64,000 bases of DNA from an uncultured candidate division Zixibacteria bacterium. Its GTDB lineage: Bacteria > Zixibacteria > MSB-5A5 > GN15 > FEB-12. The number at the start of each line of letters is the position of its first letter. Position 1 is the first letter of the stretch. The notes under the pieces are model-generated. The model had not been told where the DNA came from, ran no database searches, and saw only the letters and a list, made by a program, of their open reading frames with translations. The translations under genes were made by a program, and so were the position numbers. Below are positions 17,972 through 27,184 of this stretch, in pieces. The DNA lies in the NCBI GenBank assembly GCA_963735035.1, contig CAVTJJ010000003.1, positions 768,001-832,000 of the forward strand, read 5' to 3'.

Positions 17972-20694
17972 CCCGGAGATTTCTCTCTACGGGTCGAACG
18001 ACGACCGTCCCAGAGGCGGAGCTTACGACCGCCTGTGTCAGTTTGATCCTTGCTGTGTCCCGGAAATCTTTCGTGCGCTCACTGGAACTGAGCGAGAAGT
18101 TTGTTGGGTTCGCTAAGAGTCATGATCAGGGGATGCGTCTGATGGCCTATCGTGTCCTCGGGCAAATGAATCACATGGCCGGAAAACACACCGAGGCTCT
18201 CGCGGCCTACAGTCACGCGCGACGTCTCGCCGCCCATGATGTCAGGGCACGAGCCGGTATGGACAGGATGCTGATCGACGTCTACATGTACCTTGGCCGT
18301 TATTCGGACGCCCGGCGTGCGGCCACCCGAGCAATGAAAGCCTACAAGCAGGCTGGCCTGGAAGGCGACTGGCACAAAACTCGTGTCAATTATGCCAACC
18401 TGTTGCATCGTCTGGATCGCCATGTCGATGCTGGTCGGATATACCGTGAGGCGGCTGACTATTTCGAGCGGGCGGCTGATCCGTTGGCTACGGCCCGTTG
18501 CCTGTACAACCTTGCCAATTGTCTGGTGCAACAGTTTGAAATAGCGGAAGCCGAAAGAGACTATGCCCAAGCCCGGGAAATATACGAGCGCGAGTCTTAC
18601 ATGCTGGACGCCTGCGACGTGCGCTACGGTCAGGCCTGGCTCAAGATGCTCAGAGGGGAACTACATCTGGCCCTCCTCGAGTTAAACGAATGTTCGCGGA
18701 TCTATCAAAGTGCCGGAAATCGTCGCGGCGTGGCGCTCTGCCAGCTTGATCTTGCCGAAGTGTCTTTGGGACTCGGTCTCTATTCGGATGCTCTCGACTA
18801 CGCTCGCAAATCGTTCCGACAATTTGCACATCTGAATCTTCGCTACGAACAAGCCAAATCGGCTCTCTTTCGGGGCCAAGCCGCTCTGGCCGTGGGCAAG
18901 AACAAGGAAGCTGCCCGGGCGGCTGAATGGGCCAAAGCAGGTTTCGACGCTGAACAAAACCGTGGTTTTGCCGGCGTAGTCCAGCTTTTGTTTGCCGCTT
19001 TGGAGGAAGGATCTGATCATGCGGCTTCACTTCGGCTGCAACGTGCCGGCCGACTCTTTCAACGGAGCCAACTACCTCTTTGGGAAGCTGTATGCGACAT
19101 GCGCTCAGCCCATGATGAGTCGCGCTCGGACCGGGCACTGCAGCGCCTGGCGCGGAACAAGGCTGCCCATGTGGTACCACATATATATGCAGGTTGGCAG
19201 ACCATCCAGGGCGACCGACACCAGGCCGCCGGCCACGGCGCGCAAGCACGAAAATGCTGGACGCGAGCGGCAGACCGACTCGACGCGGTCCGGAGCCAAC
19301 TCCCCCCTATAGAGCTACGGAGCGCCTACGGACGCTCCCTACCTTCACCACACTCCAGACTGGTGGCTGCGGAGGCGGTTCGTGCTCCCCTCCGCGCTGC
19401 CGTCTGGTCTGAACGCCTGAAGACCGCAGGTGTATGGGCTCCGGTTTCGTCGGAGGCGCTTAACTCCCACAGTCGCCGGAGAATTAACGCCAGCCTCGAA
19501 GCATTGTCGTCACAGGTTGCCGGCCTGATGCACCACTTGCCGGGACAGCAGGGCGAACGCGGAATGACTACCGTCGGATCCAGTCGATCGCTTCATCGCC
19601 TCCAGCGTCAACTTCGACTTCAGTTCTCAGAAATGGAAACGACACCGGCTGCCCAAACCGATGACCATGGCGATCTGGATCGATTGATAGCATCGACTTC
19701 GAAACGTCTGCCGATCGTGCAGTTCCATGTAGCCGACAATGACATTTACGTCTTTGTACATCAGCACGGGCGAACGACCCTGTGTACCATTCGGGACGGT
19801 CGTCGCCGAATTGCGTACGCGATGGAGCGATGGCGCTTCTTCATGGAGCGACAGCTATTTGCATCTTTCCCGGGAAGGCAGATCCTGGGGCAAAAGGAAG
19901 ATACTTTCTGGGCTGAGCTGGGGAGTTGGCTCTGGCATCCGCTAATGGTGGATTCGGCGGCTGACAATGTCTTGATTGTGGCCGAAGGCGAGCTGGCCAA
20001 CCTGCCCTGGCAGGCGCTGTCGTTTCACGGAAAACTCCTGGCCGAGCAACATCATATCACTCTCGCGCCCAGCATCCGTCATTTTGTGGCGGCTGAAAGA
20101 GTTAGGGTATCCGATCCGTCGGTTCAATTCTTTCGGAGTGACGTTGGCAGCTTGCCTAATACAGAGGCAGAAGCTTCAATCCTGCGGAGACTGGCCGGTG
20201 ATGCGTTGACCGAACATTTTCCCTCGCGCCGGACCGACTGGCCCACCGAAGGGGAAAGTCGCTTATGGCATTTTGCCGGTCACGCGGTGCTCCGCCACGA
20301 AAACCCTTTCTATTCCTACTTGCTTCAATCGGATGGTCCACTTTTTGCGGCTGATTTTCGCATGCGCCGCTGTCAAGTCAGCCTTGCCACGCTGGCCGCT
20401 TGCAGGACTGGCGAACAGGTGGCCTTGCCAGGTGATGAATCAACTGGCCTGGTGCGCTCCCTTCTTGAGATGGGGGCCCGCAATGTTGTGGCAGGACGCT
20501 GGCCGGTATCGGATGAAAGCGCCTCACATTGGATGACTGATTTCTATGGCAGATACTTTCGAGATGATGATCTTTTCACCGCGGCCCGTGAAGCAACCCT
20601 CGGGGTGAGAGAGAAGTACCCCTCGGCCTTTCATTGGGCTGCTTTCGCGGTTTTTGGCGCCGCCAGAACGGGAGGCCCATATGTGGCCCATTAG
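17947..20694 (+). CDS. TPR-repeat CHAT-domain protease, copy 2
   Basis: TPR helices; WHFAGHA (His), ATLAACRTG (Cys), VVAGRWPVSD, HWAAFAVFG; colinear with the 8056-10785 product. Confidence 0.92.
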   Translation: METSSQNIARRFLSTGRTTTVPEAELTTACVSLILAVSRKSFVRSLELSEKFVGFAKSHDQGMRLMAYRVLGQMNHMAGKHTEALAAYSHARRLAAHDVRARAGMDRMLIDVYMYLGRYSDARRAATRAMKAYKQAGLEGDWHKTRVNYANLLHRLDRHVDAGRIYREAADYFERAADPLATARCLYNLANCLVQQFEIAEAERDYAQAREIYERESYMLDACDVRYGQAWLKMLRGELHLALLELNECSRIYQSAGNRRGVALCQLDLAEVSLGLGLYSDALDYARKSFRQFAHLNLRYEQAKSALFRGQAALAVGKNKEAARAAEWAKAGFDAEQNRGFAGVVQLLFAALEEGSDHAASLRLQRAGRLFQRSQLPLWEAVCDMRSAHDESRSDRALQRLARNKAAHVVPHIYAGWQTIQGDRHQAAGHGAQARKCWTRAADRLDAVRSQLPPIELRSAYGRSLPSPHSRLVAAEAVRAPLRAAVWSERLKTAGVWAPVSSEALNSHSRRRINASLEALSSQVAGLMHHLPGQQGERGMTTVGSSRSLHRLQRQLRLQFSEMETTPAAQTDDHGDLDRLIASTSKRLPIVQFHVADNDIYVFVHQHGRTTLCTIRDGRRRIAYAMERWRFFMERQLFASFPGRQILGQKEDTFWAELGSWLWHPLMVDSAADNVLIVAEGELANLPWQALSFHGKLLAEQHHITLAPSIRHFVAAERVRVSDPSVQFFRSDVGSLPNTEAEASILRRLAGDALTEHFPSRRTDWPTEGESRLWHFAGHAVLRHENPFYSYLLQSDGPLFAADFRMRRCQVSLATLAACRTGEQVALPGDESTGLVRSLLEMGARNVVAGRWPVSDESASHWMTDFYGRYFRDDDLFTAAREATLGVREKYPSAFHWAAFAVFGAARTGGPYVAH

Positions 20695-22108
20695 GCAACT
20701 GTTAACATCGCTCACCTTCATCCTGGTATTGCTGCTCCCGCCCGCGGCGACAGCACAGGGGGGGCAGGGGCCAGGCAAGGGTGGCTATAAGCCCGCTGAG
20801 ATCGTATGCCGCCTCGACTCAACTACTACAATAGATGAAATCAACACTCTTTTCGGTACGACCGTTCGCGGACACCAAACCCAGACCGACTGCTTCTTGT
20901 TGTTCGTCAGTGGCGGGCGTAATGCTGACAGCTTAGCTGAGATTATCGCCCAGACTCCCGGAGTCGTCTACTGCAGCCCCAATTATTATCTAATGGCTCC
21001 TGAGGGCCTTCAGGGTAGTTCTCCATTTCCTGATCTGGAAGTGATTGGCGACATGGATGGCCAGCTCGCTGCCGAGCAGCTTCAACTCACGCAGGTGCAT
21101 CAGGTCGCAACGGGAACCGGCATGAAAGTGGCCGTGATTGACGGCGGCGTGAACTTAAAGCATCCCTATTTTGCTCTTCATTCGGGAACTCTTGTTTCTG
21201 TCTATGATTACATCGACAACGACGAAGTGGCCTTCGACGAGCCCGGAGGGTCGAATTCCGGCCACGGCACGTTTGTCGCCGGAATTGTTCGTCTGGTTGC
21301 CCCTGACGCCGATTTGTACATATATCGAGTGCTAGATACAGCCGGCATGGGTGACGGCTTCTCTATCGCGCAGGCCGTCCTGCAGGCCATATCCGACGGT
21401 TGCCAGGTTATAAATCTGAGTCTGGGTATGTCCGGCTTGCACGACGGGCTCGACGATGCTCTCAAACTGGCACACCAAAACGAAATAATGGTGGTCGCAG
21501 CCGCCGGCAATGATTCGACCAGCGCCTTGAACACGTTCCCCTTCCCGGCAATTCGGGAATACTGCATAGCCGTAGCGGCTCTCGACTCCGTTCTGCTCAA
21601 AGCCGATTTCTCCAACTACGGCACACCAATTGACATCTGTGCTCCCGGAACACGCGTGTACTCTCCTTACCTTGACGAACTCTATGCCTGGTGGGACGGC
21701 ACGAGCTTCTCGACGGCGTTCGTCACCGGGCTGGCTACGCTGTTAAGACAGCAGCATCCGGTGGCCTCGTGGGATGATCTATATGGCTCGATCCTCAACT
21801 CGGCTAAGAACGTCGATACTCTCAATCCGACCTACGCCGGACTGCTGGGTTCCGGCCAGATCGACCTGCTCAAATCGCTTGGGGCGTCGGGTGAAATCAA
21901 ACGCGGGGATTTGAACTCAGATGGCACTGTGAGTATCGGTGACATATGTGTACTAATAACCTACCTATACATCGATCCCTCAATTTCCAATCCGGGAATT
22001 GCAGGCGATGTCAATTGTGATAATTCACTGAGCATAGGTGACATATCGATGCTTGTGGCTCACCTTTTCATAGACGATCAACCGCTCTGTTCGGGCGATT
22101 TGCCTTAG
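20681..22108 (+). CDS. Secreted S8 peptidase with C-terminal dockerin-like domain
   Basis: Signal peptide; VAVIDGG / GHGTFVAG / GTSFSTAFVTG; RGDLNSDGTVSIGDI..GDVNCDNSLSIGDI; GGAGG before ATG 20681. Confidence 0.9.
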   Translation: MWPIRQLLTSLTFILVLLLPPAATAQGGQGPGKGGYKPAEIVCRLDSTTTIDEINTLFGTTVRGHQTQTDCFLLFVSGGRNADSLAEIIAQTPGVVYCSPNYYLMAPEGLQGSSPFPDLEVIGDMDGQLAAEQLQLTQVHQVATGTGMKVAVIDGGVNLKHPYFALHSGTLVSVYDYIDNDEVAFDEPGGSNSGHGTFVAGIVRLVAPDADLYIYRVLDTAGMGDGFSIAQAVLQAISDGCQVINLSLGMSGLHDGLDDALKLAHQNEIMVVAAAGNDSTSALNTFPFPAIREYCIAVAALDSVLLKADFSNYGTPIDICAPGTRVYSPYLDELYAWWDGTSFSTAFVTGLATLLRQQHPVASWDDLYGSILNSAKNVDTLNPTYAGLLGSGQIDLLKSLGASGEIKRGDLNSDGTVSIGDICVLITYLYIDPSISNPGIAGDVNCDNSLSIGDISMLVAHLFIDDQPLCSGDLP

Positions 22109-22140
22109 TAGGCTGACTACCGCTTCTCACCTCAGAGATC

Positions 22141-22177
22141 GCCGGGGTGGTGCTCAGACACCATCCCGGCTTTTTCG
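22141..22177 (+). terminator. Intrinsic terminator of cassette 2
   Basis: GCCGGGGTGGTG-loop-CACCATCCCGGC followed by TTTTT. Confidence 0.75.
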
Positions 22178-22216
22178 TGAATACTCACCGGAAATTCCGA
22201 TTCCTGTCATATTTCC

Positions 22217-22245
22217 TGAACGAAAATCAGGTCGCCCCCGCTCTG
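22217..22245 (+). promoter_or_regulatory. Second copy of putative ECF-sigma-2 promoter TGAACGAAAATC-N12-CTCTG
   Basis: 12-nt exact match plus the CTCTG box to 17354-17381; intergenic, downstream of a terminator. Confidence 0.55.
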
Positions 22246-22321
22246 TATTTCAAAAGACGTCCAGACATGGACATTAACCGGCACCGTCGTTCCGGTGACC
22301 GCTTTTGCGAAGGAGGAATGT

Positions 22322-23527
22322 ATGAAGTATGCAAGATCAGCCGTGGTTACCGGAATGGTACTTATGGCTGCCGTCATGTTCGCCGGGTGTTCGCGTAACA
22401 ACCCGATCCAGCCTACATCCGACCACTCGGCGTTTGACGTCCTTGCCAGCTCGCCGACCGGGGCCCAGCTCAACGTTCGCGTTCAAACCTGTGATCAGCT
22501 TCGTCAGATGCTGACCGTCTGTGACCGTCCGGACACGATCATGGCCAACCAGAACTGCGAAGTTGTCCGCGTACAAAACGGACAGGCAACTGCAGCATCG
22601 TTTGGAGACATTCACCCCGGCGATAGCCTTCAGGTGTTCGGCTCACGTCAGCAAAACAACTATATCTATGCTTACCGCCTTCAGATCAAGTACCAGGAGG
22701 CACAGGGTTATCAGGTGGCCGCCCGGGTCGCAACCACTGACCGAAACCGATTGATGCTCACCTTCCAGGACAGGCCTGACACGTGCGTCGCAACGCAGCA
22801 ATGTGAATGCACCCGCCAGTGCCAGAGAACCCAGTTCGGGCTTGATTTCGCCGATATCCAACCCGGCGATTCCGTCCAGGTGTTCGGATCACGGCAACAG
22901 GATGGTTTTATCCATGCGCAGCGTATCAAAGTATGTGCCACCGACGCCGGCGGGCGGTGGGATATTTCTTTCAAAGATACAATTGCTGCCATCGACTACG
23001 AACTCGGTACGTTCACGGTCAAGAACCGTACTGAGTTGATCACAACCGACGAAAACACCGTGGTGAAAGCTGTATTAGTAGTGGTCAACCCGCCGACTGA
23101 CAACGGCAAGAACAGAGGCGGCGTCTCACTCGGAACGCCGCCGCAGTGGGGTCAGACTTTCATCGATACTTTGCTTTCATTCACGGATCTGGAAGTTGGC
23201 GACTTGGTCACGGTACACGCACTATATGTGGATGATCAGACCCTGTTGGCGGCCTGCATTACTCTGTCCGACTGCACCAATCTGAATCAGAAGTGCGTGC
23301 AATTTACGGCTCCCATCGCTACGATAGAAGTCGGGACCAGGACCGTCACATTTGATGGTCAGGCCTGGATCGGTCAGGTATGTAATGGCGCTAAGTTGAT
23401 TGGATTGGACGGAGAAGAGCTTACTCTGGCTGATTTTGTAATCGGCGACCTGGTGGCGGTGAAGGGGTTTCCTCTTAGTGAGTCAGAATTGCGCATTTCG
23501 CAGATGGAGAAAGTAACCGCTCTCTAG
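22322..23527 (+). CDS. Cys-rich lipoprotein with repeated OB-fold-like (DUF5666-like) domains
   Basis: Lipobox FAGC; four repeats of the type F.DI.PGD.V.V.G / L.VGDLV.V; AGGAGG upstream. Confidence 0.75.
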   Translation: MKYARSAVVTGMVLMAAVMFAGCSRNNPIQPTSDHSAFDVLASSPTGAQLNVRVQTCDQLRQMLTVCDRPDTIMANQNCEVVRVQNGQATAASFGDIHPGDSLQVFGSRQQNNYIYAYRLQIKYQEAQGYQVAARVATTDRNRLMLTFQDRPDTCVATQQCECTRQCQRTQFGLDFADIQPGDSVQVFGSRQQDGFIHAQRIKVCATDAGGRWDISFKDTIAAIDYELGTFTVKNRTELITTDENTVVKAVLVVVNPPTDNGKNRGGVSLGTPPQWGQTFIDTLLSFTDLEVGDLVTVHALYVDDQTLLAACITLSDCTNLNQKCVQFTAPIATIEVGTRTVTFDGQAWIGQVCNGAKLIGLDGEELTLADFVIGDLVAVKGFPLSESELRISQMEKVTAL

Positions 23528-23660
23528 GACGACTACTTCTGGCACCGTGTGGGGCAGGCCTCAGCGCAACTCTCGTCCTCACACAGTACTATCACCTGCG
23601 AGCGGGTCGGTGCCGACCCGCTCGTATCTATTCATAGTAGATAAATTGGATCGATATCAA

Positions 23661-23737
23661 TGGCGGGGTTGACGAGACTCGAACTCGCGGCCTTCTGCGT
23701 GACAGGCAGACGTTCTAACCAACTGAACTACAACCCC
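23661..23737 (-). tRNA. tRNA-Asp (GTC)
   Basis: GGGGTTGTAGTTCAGTTGGTTAGAACGTCTGCCTGTCACGCAGAAGGCCGCGAGTTCGAGTCTCGTCAACCCCGCCA cloverleaf with CCA. Confidence 0.96.
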
Positions 23738-23860
23738 GTCTCAAATACCATCGACATGCTCAACATCGCCCTGAAGCCATCCATCCTGCAGGTCCGCTGT
23801 CACCACCGACCCGCTACCCACGACCCGGAGTCATCGGCGCAAACCCATCACCCAAAAAAA

Positions 23861-23934
23861 TGGGCGATACTGGATTCGAACCAGTGACCCCCTGCGTGTA
23901 AGGCAGGTGCTCTAACCAGCTGAGCTAACCGCCC
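23861..23934 (-). tRNA. tRNA-Val (TAC)
   Basis: GGGCGGTTAGCTCAGCTGGTTAGAGCACCTGCCTTACACGCAGGGGGTCACTGGTTCGAATCCAGTATCGCCCA; 3' CCA not encoded after the discriminator. Confidence 0.96.
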
Positions 23935-24254
23935 AATGGCTCCAAACGCTGCCAAGGGCCCCAAATATAAACAACCCGCCCAAAAGTGCAAGAGATAATG
24001 AAGAACCAAAATTGTCCCTGAACCATATCGTCAAACCAATCCCGCCACCAGGTCAGTCGGCAAGTCGATCTGCGAGCCCGCGGCCCGCCGTGCTTCCGCC
24101 CCCTCAAGCCCACAACCCCCAGGTGCCGACCCTAGAAGTGCCAGAAACCTACCGGAACCCCTCCTCCAAACTGACAATACAGGAAAACTCGCTCCAGACT
24201 CGATTGGGCCCTTATAGCCCCAAACTGCCCTGCGGCGAAAAACAGGCTGCGAGG

Positions 24255-24530
24255 CTACTCTGCTTCGGCGCTGCCCGGCTCCGGGGTCGCCTCGTCCGGC
24301 TTCCCTTTGGCCATGATCGCAAACGGAATCAGCAGGTAACCGATCACCAGGATAATCGGCGCCACCGTCAACGTGATCGGATTGTTCGGATCGTCGCCAT
24401 AACCGAGACAGATATACCCGATCGCGATAATCGCCAGGGCGACTCCGAAAAGGATGTAGTTCTTCCTGCCGAACGGCCAATCGAACGCCGGAGAATCAGC
24501 AGCTTTTGCTTTGGTGGTTTTGACTGCCAT
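24255..24530 (-). CDS. Small membrane protein (DUF3098-like)
   Basis: F.RKNYILFGVALAIIAIGYICL...LTVAPIILVIGY pattern, two TM helices. Confidence 0.75.
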   Translation of the reverse strand: MAVKTTKAKAADSPAFDWPFGRKNYILFGVALAIIAIGYICLGYGDDPNNPITLTVAPIILVIGYLLIPFAIMAKGKPDEATPEPGSAEAE

Positions 24531-24565
24531 AAGTATCCCAATAAACAATCAATTGTACTCAAGTG

Positions 24566-25807
24566 TCAAGAGACAGAAACGTCCCGCGACGGCTCCGTCT
24601 CCGAAAAATTATACACTGCCGAAAGCCCAATGGCCCAAACCAGCAGCAAAACCGTCCGAACCTCTTCATCCGAAAAGGTCGCTTCGGTCATCGAAGCTAT
24701 CAGAAACGCGATTGAGCCGACTATCGCAATCGCCAGCCGGCCCCGTACTTCTGGGTCCCCGACCGTCTGACGCCACCCCTTCGCCAGAGTGTAAAGGAGC
24801 GCCGCCCAGAGCAGGACGAATGTTACCAGTCCTGGAATCCCCGACCGGGCCGCCGCCTCAAGAAAATCGTTGTGGGCGTGCGAATACCAAAATTTGGATT
24901 CGACCGAAGGATCGAGTCTTTTCATATAGTCAGGTCCGAAATTCCCCGGCCCAACGCCCAGAATCGGATGGTCGGAAATCATCTCCAGCGACCGCTCCCA
25001 AATAAACAGCCGCCCGCCCGGCCAATCGGCGTTTAAGTGATATCGCAGCTCGGTCGTAAACCGACTCCTGACACTGGGCGTCAAGACCCCGATTAACAAC
25101 ACGGCCATCAGGATTGCGAATCCCCATTTGCGAGACGTACGAGCGGTCATCAGCAGCAAGGTGATGAGACCAACCAGCCCCGCCAGTGCCGGCCCGCGAC
25201 CACCGCAGAACAGGATCGATACCAGTCCCAGCCCCCCCGCGGTCAGCACCGCCCAGTGCTTCCACGACCATCGCTCAACTTTGGTCAGCACCCAGGTCAG
25301 AACAGCCAGCGAGGCCACCGCTACCAGATTTCCATAGGTCAGAGCTTGCACAAAAGTTCCGCTCGCCCTGGGATTGGCCTCCGGAAGTGGCGCGAACCCG
25401 TCCCCAAGATGATATTGCACCCGAAACACATACATTAGAATTGTGGCTACCGAGAAAAGAGTCAGTCCAATCGAGAGAACCCCCACGGTTTGATCCAACA
25501 TTCTCCGCTCCCGGCCTAGATACAACCCAACCGGAATGATTATGAACAGCCATTCCTCGCGCATGTTGTCGAGCGAATGCAGCGGTCGTTCTTGCAGCAA
25601 ACAGACGAAGACCAACCAGCCGACATATAACCCTACCGCTGTCCAAAAAACCCCCAGCCCATGACCAAACGGATTGAATCGTTCCCGCACTGCCACTATG
25701 ACGAACAAAACCGCGCAGACACCGAGTGAGAGCTGTGTGATGGAGATCGAGAAAGTCGAACCGAAGACAAAGAGGAGGAAGAAGAACGCCATCAGCCGCC
25801 GAAGCAT
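24566..25807 (-). CDS. O-antigen ligase (Wzy_C/WaaL-like) membrane protein
   Basis: Multiple TM helices; RLFIWERSLEMISDHPILGVGPGNF, HAHNDFLEAAARSGIPG. Confidence 0.88.
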   Translation of the reverse strand: MLRRLMAFFFLLFVFGSTFSISITQLSLGVCAVLFVIVAVRERFNPFGHGLGVFWTAVGLYVGWLVFVCLLQERPLHSLDNMREEWLFIIIPVGLYLGRERRMLDQTVGVLSIGLTLFSVATILMYVFRVQYHLGDGFAPLPEANPRASGTFVQALTYGNLVAVASLAVLTWVLTKVERWSWKHWAVLTAGGLGLVSILFCGGRGPALAGLVGLITLLLMTARTSRKWGFAILMAVLLIGVLTPSVRSRFTTELRYHLNADWPGGRLFIWERSLEMISDHPILGVGPGNFGPDYMKRLDPSVESKFWYSHAHNDFLEAAARSGIPGLVTFVLLWAALLYTLAKGWRQTVGDPEVRGRLAIAIVGSIAFLIASMTEATFSDEEVRTVLLLVWAIGLSAVYNFSETEPSRDVSVS

Positions 25808-25824
25808 ATCAGCCTCTGTCGGTC

Positions 25825-26415
25825 TCAGACGAATAGGTCGCGTTCGACCATTTCGACTAACTGGTGTATGATGAACAAGTGCTCTTCCTGAATCCGCTGG
25901 GTTGACCGATGCGGAACTATCAGCGGTTTGTCAACCTGCTTGCCCAACAGTCCCCCGTCGCCGCCCAGCAACCCGGCCGTGATCACCTGCTTGTGGCGAG
26001 CGGTCGAAACCGCTTTCAGCAGATTCTCGGAGTTGCCCGACGTGGACATCACTATCAGCATGTCTCCCCGGTGCCCGAGCGCCTCTACTTGACGAGCAAA
26101 GATATTTTCGAAACCATAGTCATTACCGACCGCAGTTATAACAGCCAGGTCGGCAGACAACGCTATCGCCGGAAGCGCTTCCCGGTTACGATCCGATGTC
26201 AACCGGACCACCATCTCGGCGGCAAAGTGACAGGCCATCGACGCCGACCCGCCGTTACCGCAGATCAGGATCTTGCCGTGGGAGCCGATCACACCCGACA
26301 TGATACCGGACAAGTCGAGCATCTTCTGGCCCAGATAATCAACGGTCGCCTTGCGCACCAGGACCGCTTCTTCGGACTGGCGGACCAGTTCTATCAACGC
26401 TTCTTGCTGATTCAT
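25825..26415 (-). CDS. gmhA: Phosphoheptose isomerase (SIS domain)
   Basis: KILICGNGGSA, GNDYGFENIFARQVEALG, STSGNSEN, TQRIQEEH. Confidence 0.9.
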   Translation of the reverse strand: MNQQEALIELVRQSEEAVLVRKATVDYLGQKMLDLSGIMSGVIGSHGKILICGNGGSASMACHFAAEMVVRLTSDRNREALPAIALSADLAVITAVGNDYGFENIFARQVEALGHRGDMLIVMSTSGNSENLLKAVSTARHKQVITAGLLGGDGGLLGKQVDKPLIVPHRSTQRIQEEHLFIIHQLVEMVERDLFV

Positions 26416-27179
26416 ACTCTTACAGATTCCTTTGGATGGGTGGCCGCGGTAAGTTCGCGAAGATAATCGATGCCACCCTTTGATTCCAGGCGAGTGCCCA
26501 TGACGATAAACGACGCCCCGGCTGCTACTCGTGAGGCACAGTCTTCGGGCGAGTGCAACCCGCCGCCCACCAGCACCGGAATGTCTATGATCCCCGCAAC
26601 CGCCTGCACCATGTCGACCGGCACCGGCTGCCCGGCCCCGGACCCGGCTTCAAGATAGACTAATTGCATTCCGAGATACTGCGCGGCCAGCGCATGAGCG
26701 CAGGCTATATCCGGCTTGCTTCGCGGAATAGGCAAAGTCCCGGAAATAAACTGCACCGACGTGAGCGGGCCGGATTCAATTAGCATGTACCCGGTCGGGA
26801 TAGCTTCCAGACCGGCTGCCCGGATAAACGGCGCGCCCTTGACCTGCTCGTCGATCAGATACTGCGGATTGCGCCCAGATATCAGCGAGGTGTAGAGAAT
26901 GGCGTCGGCGTCGGAAGTTATCTGAGTGAACGAGCCGGGGAAAATTATCACCGGCAGGTGGGCGCGCGCCTTGATCTGTCGCACCGCCGTGGGGAAATGG
27001 CCGGCCATCATGAACGATGTCCCCACGAGGATGGCATCGACACCGCAATCCGAGGCCGCTTCGGCGAGCGCGAGATAATCTGAATCGTGACTTCGATCAG
27101 GGTCAATCAGCAACAGAAATCCGCCGCCGCGCGCGGCGCGGGCATCAAGAAGGCTGTTGAATACCTGTCCCATGTGCAA
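26412..27179 (-). CDS. Geranylgeranylglyceryl/heptaprenylglyceryl phosphate synthase (GGGPS/PcrB family)
   Basis: LLIDPD, LISGRNPQYLI, IPTGYMLIESG, YLEAGSGA, VLVGGG motifs. Confidence 0.9.
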   Translation of the reverse strand: MHMGQVFNSLLDARAARGGGFLLLIDPDRSHDSDYLALAEAASDCGVDAILVGTSFMMAGHFPTAVRQIKARAHLPVIIFPGSFTQITSDADAILYTSLISGRNPQYLIDEQVKGAPFIRAAGLEAIPTGYMLIESGPLTSVQFISGTLPIPRSKPDIACAHALAAQYLGMQLVYLEAGSGAGQPVPVDMVQAVAGIIDIPVLVGGGLHSPEDCASRVAAGASFIVMGTRLESKGGIDYLRELTAATHPKESVRV

Positions 27180-27184
27180 AGCCT

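Noticed and set aside
8056..22108. Type III-E CRISPR (Craspase) locus suggested by TPR-CHAT plus sigma
   Set aside because: No cas genes and no regularly spaced repeat-spacer array anywhere in the window
23661..23934. tRNA integration site bounding the left accessory region
   Set aside because: No integrase and no duplicated tRNA 3' end seen within the window
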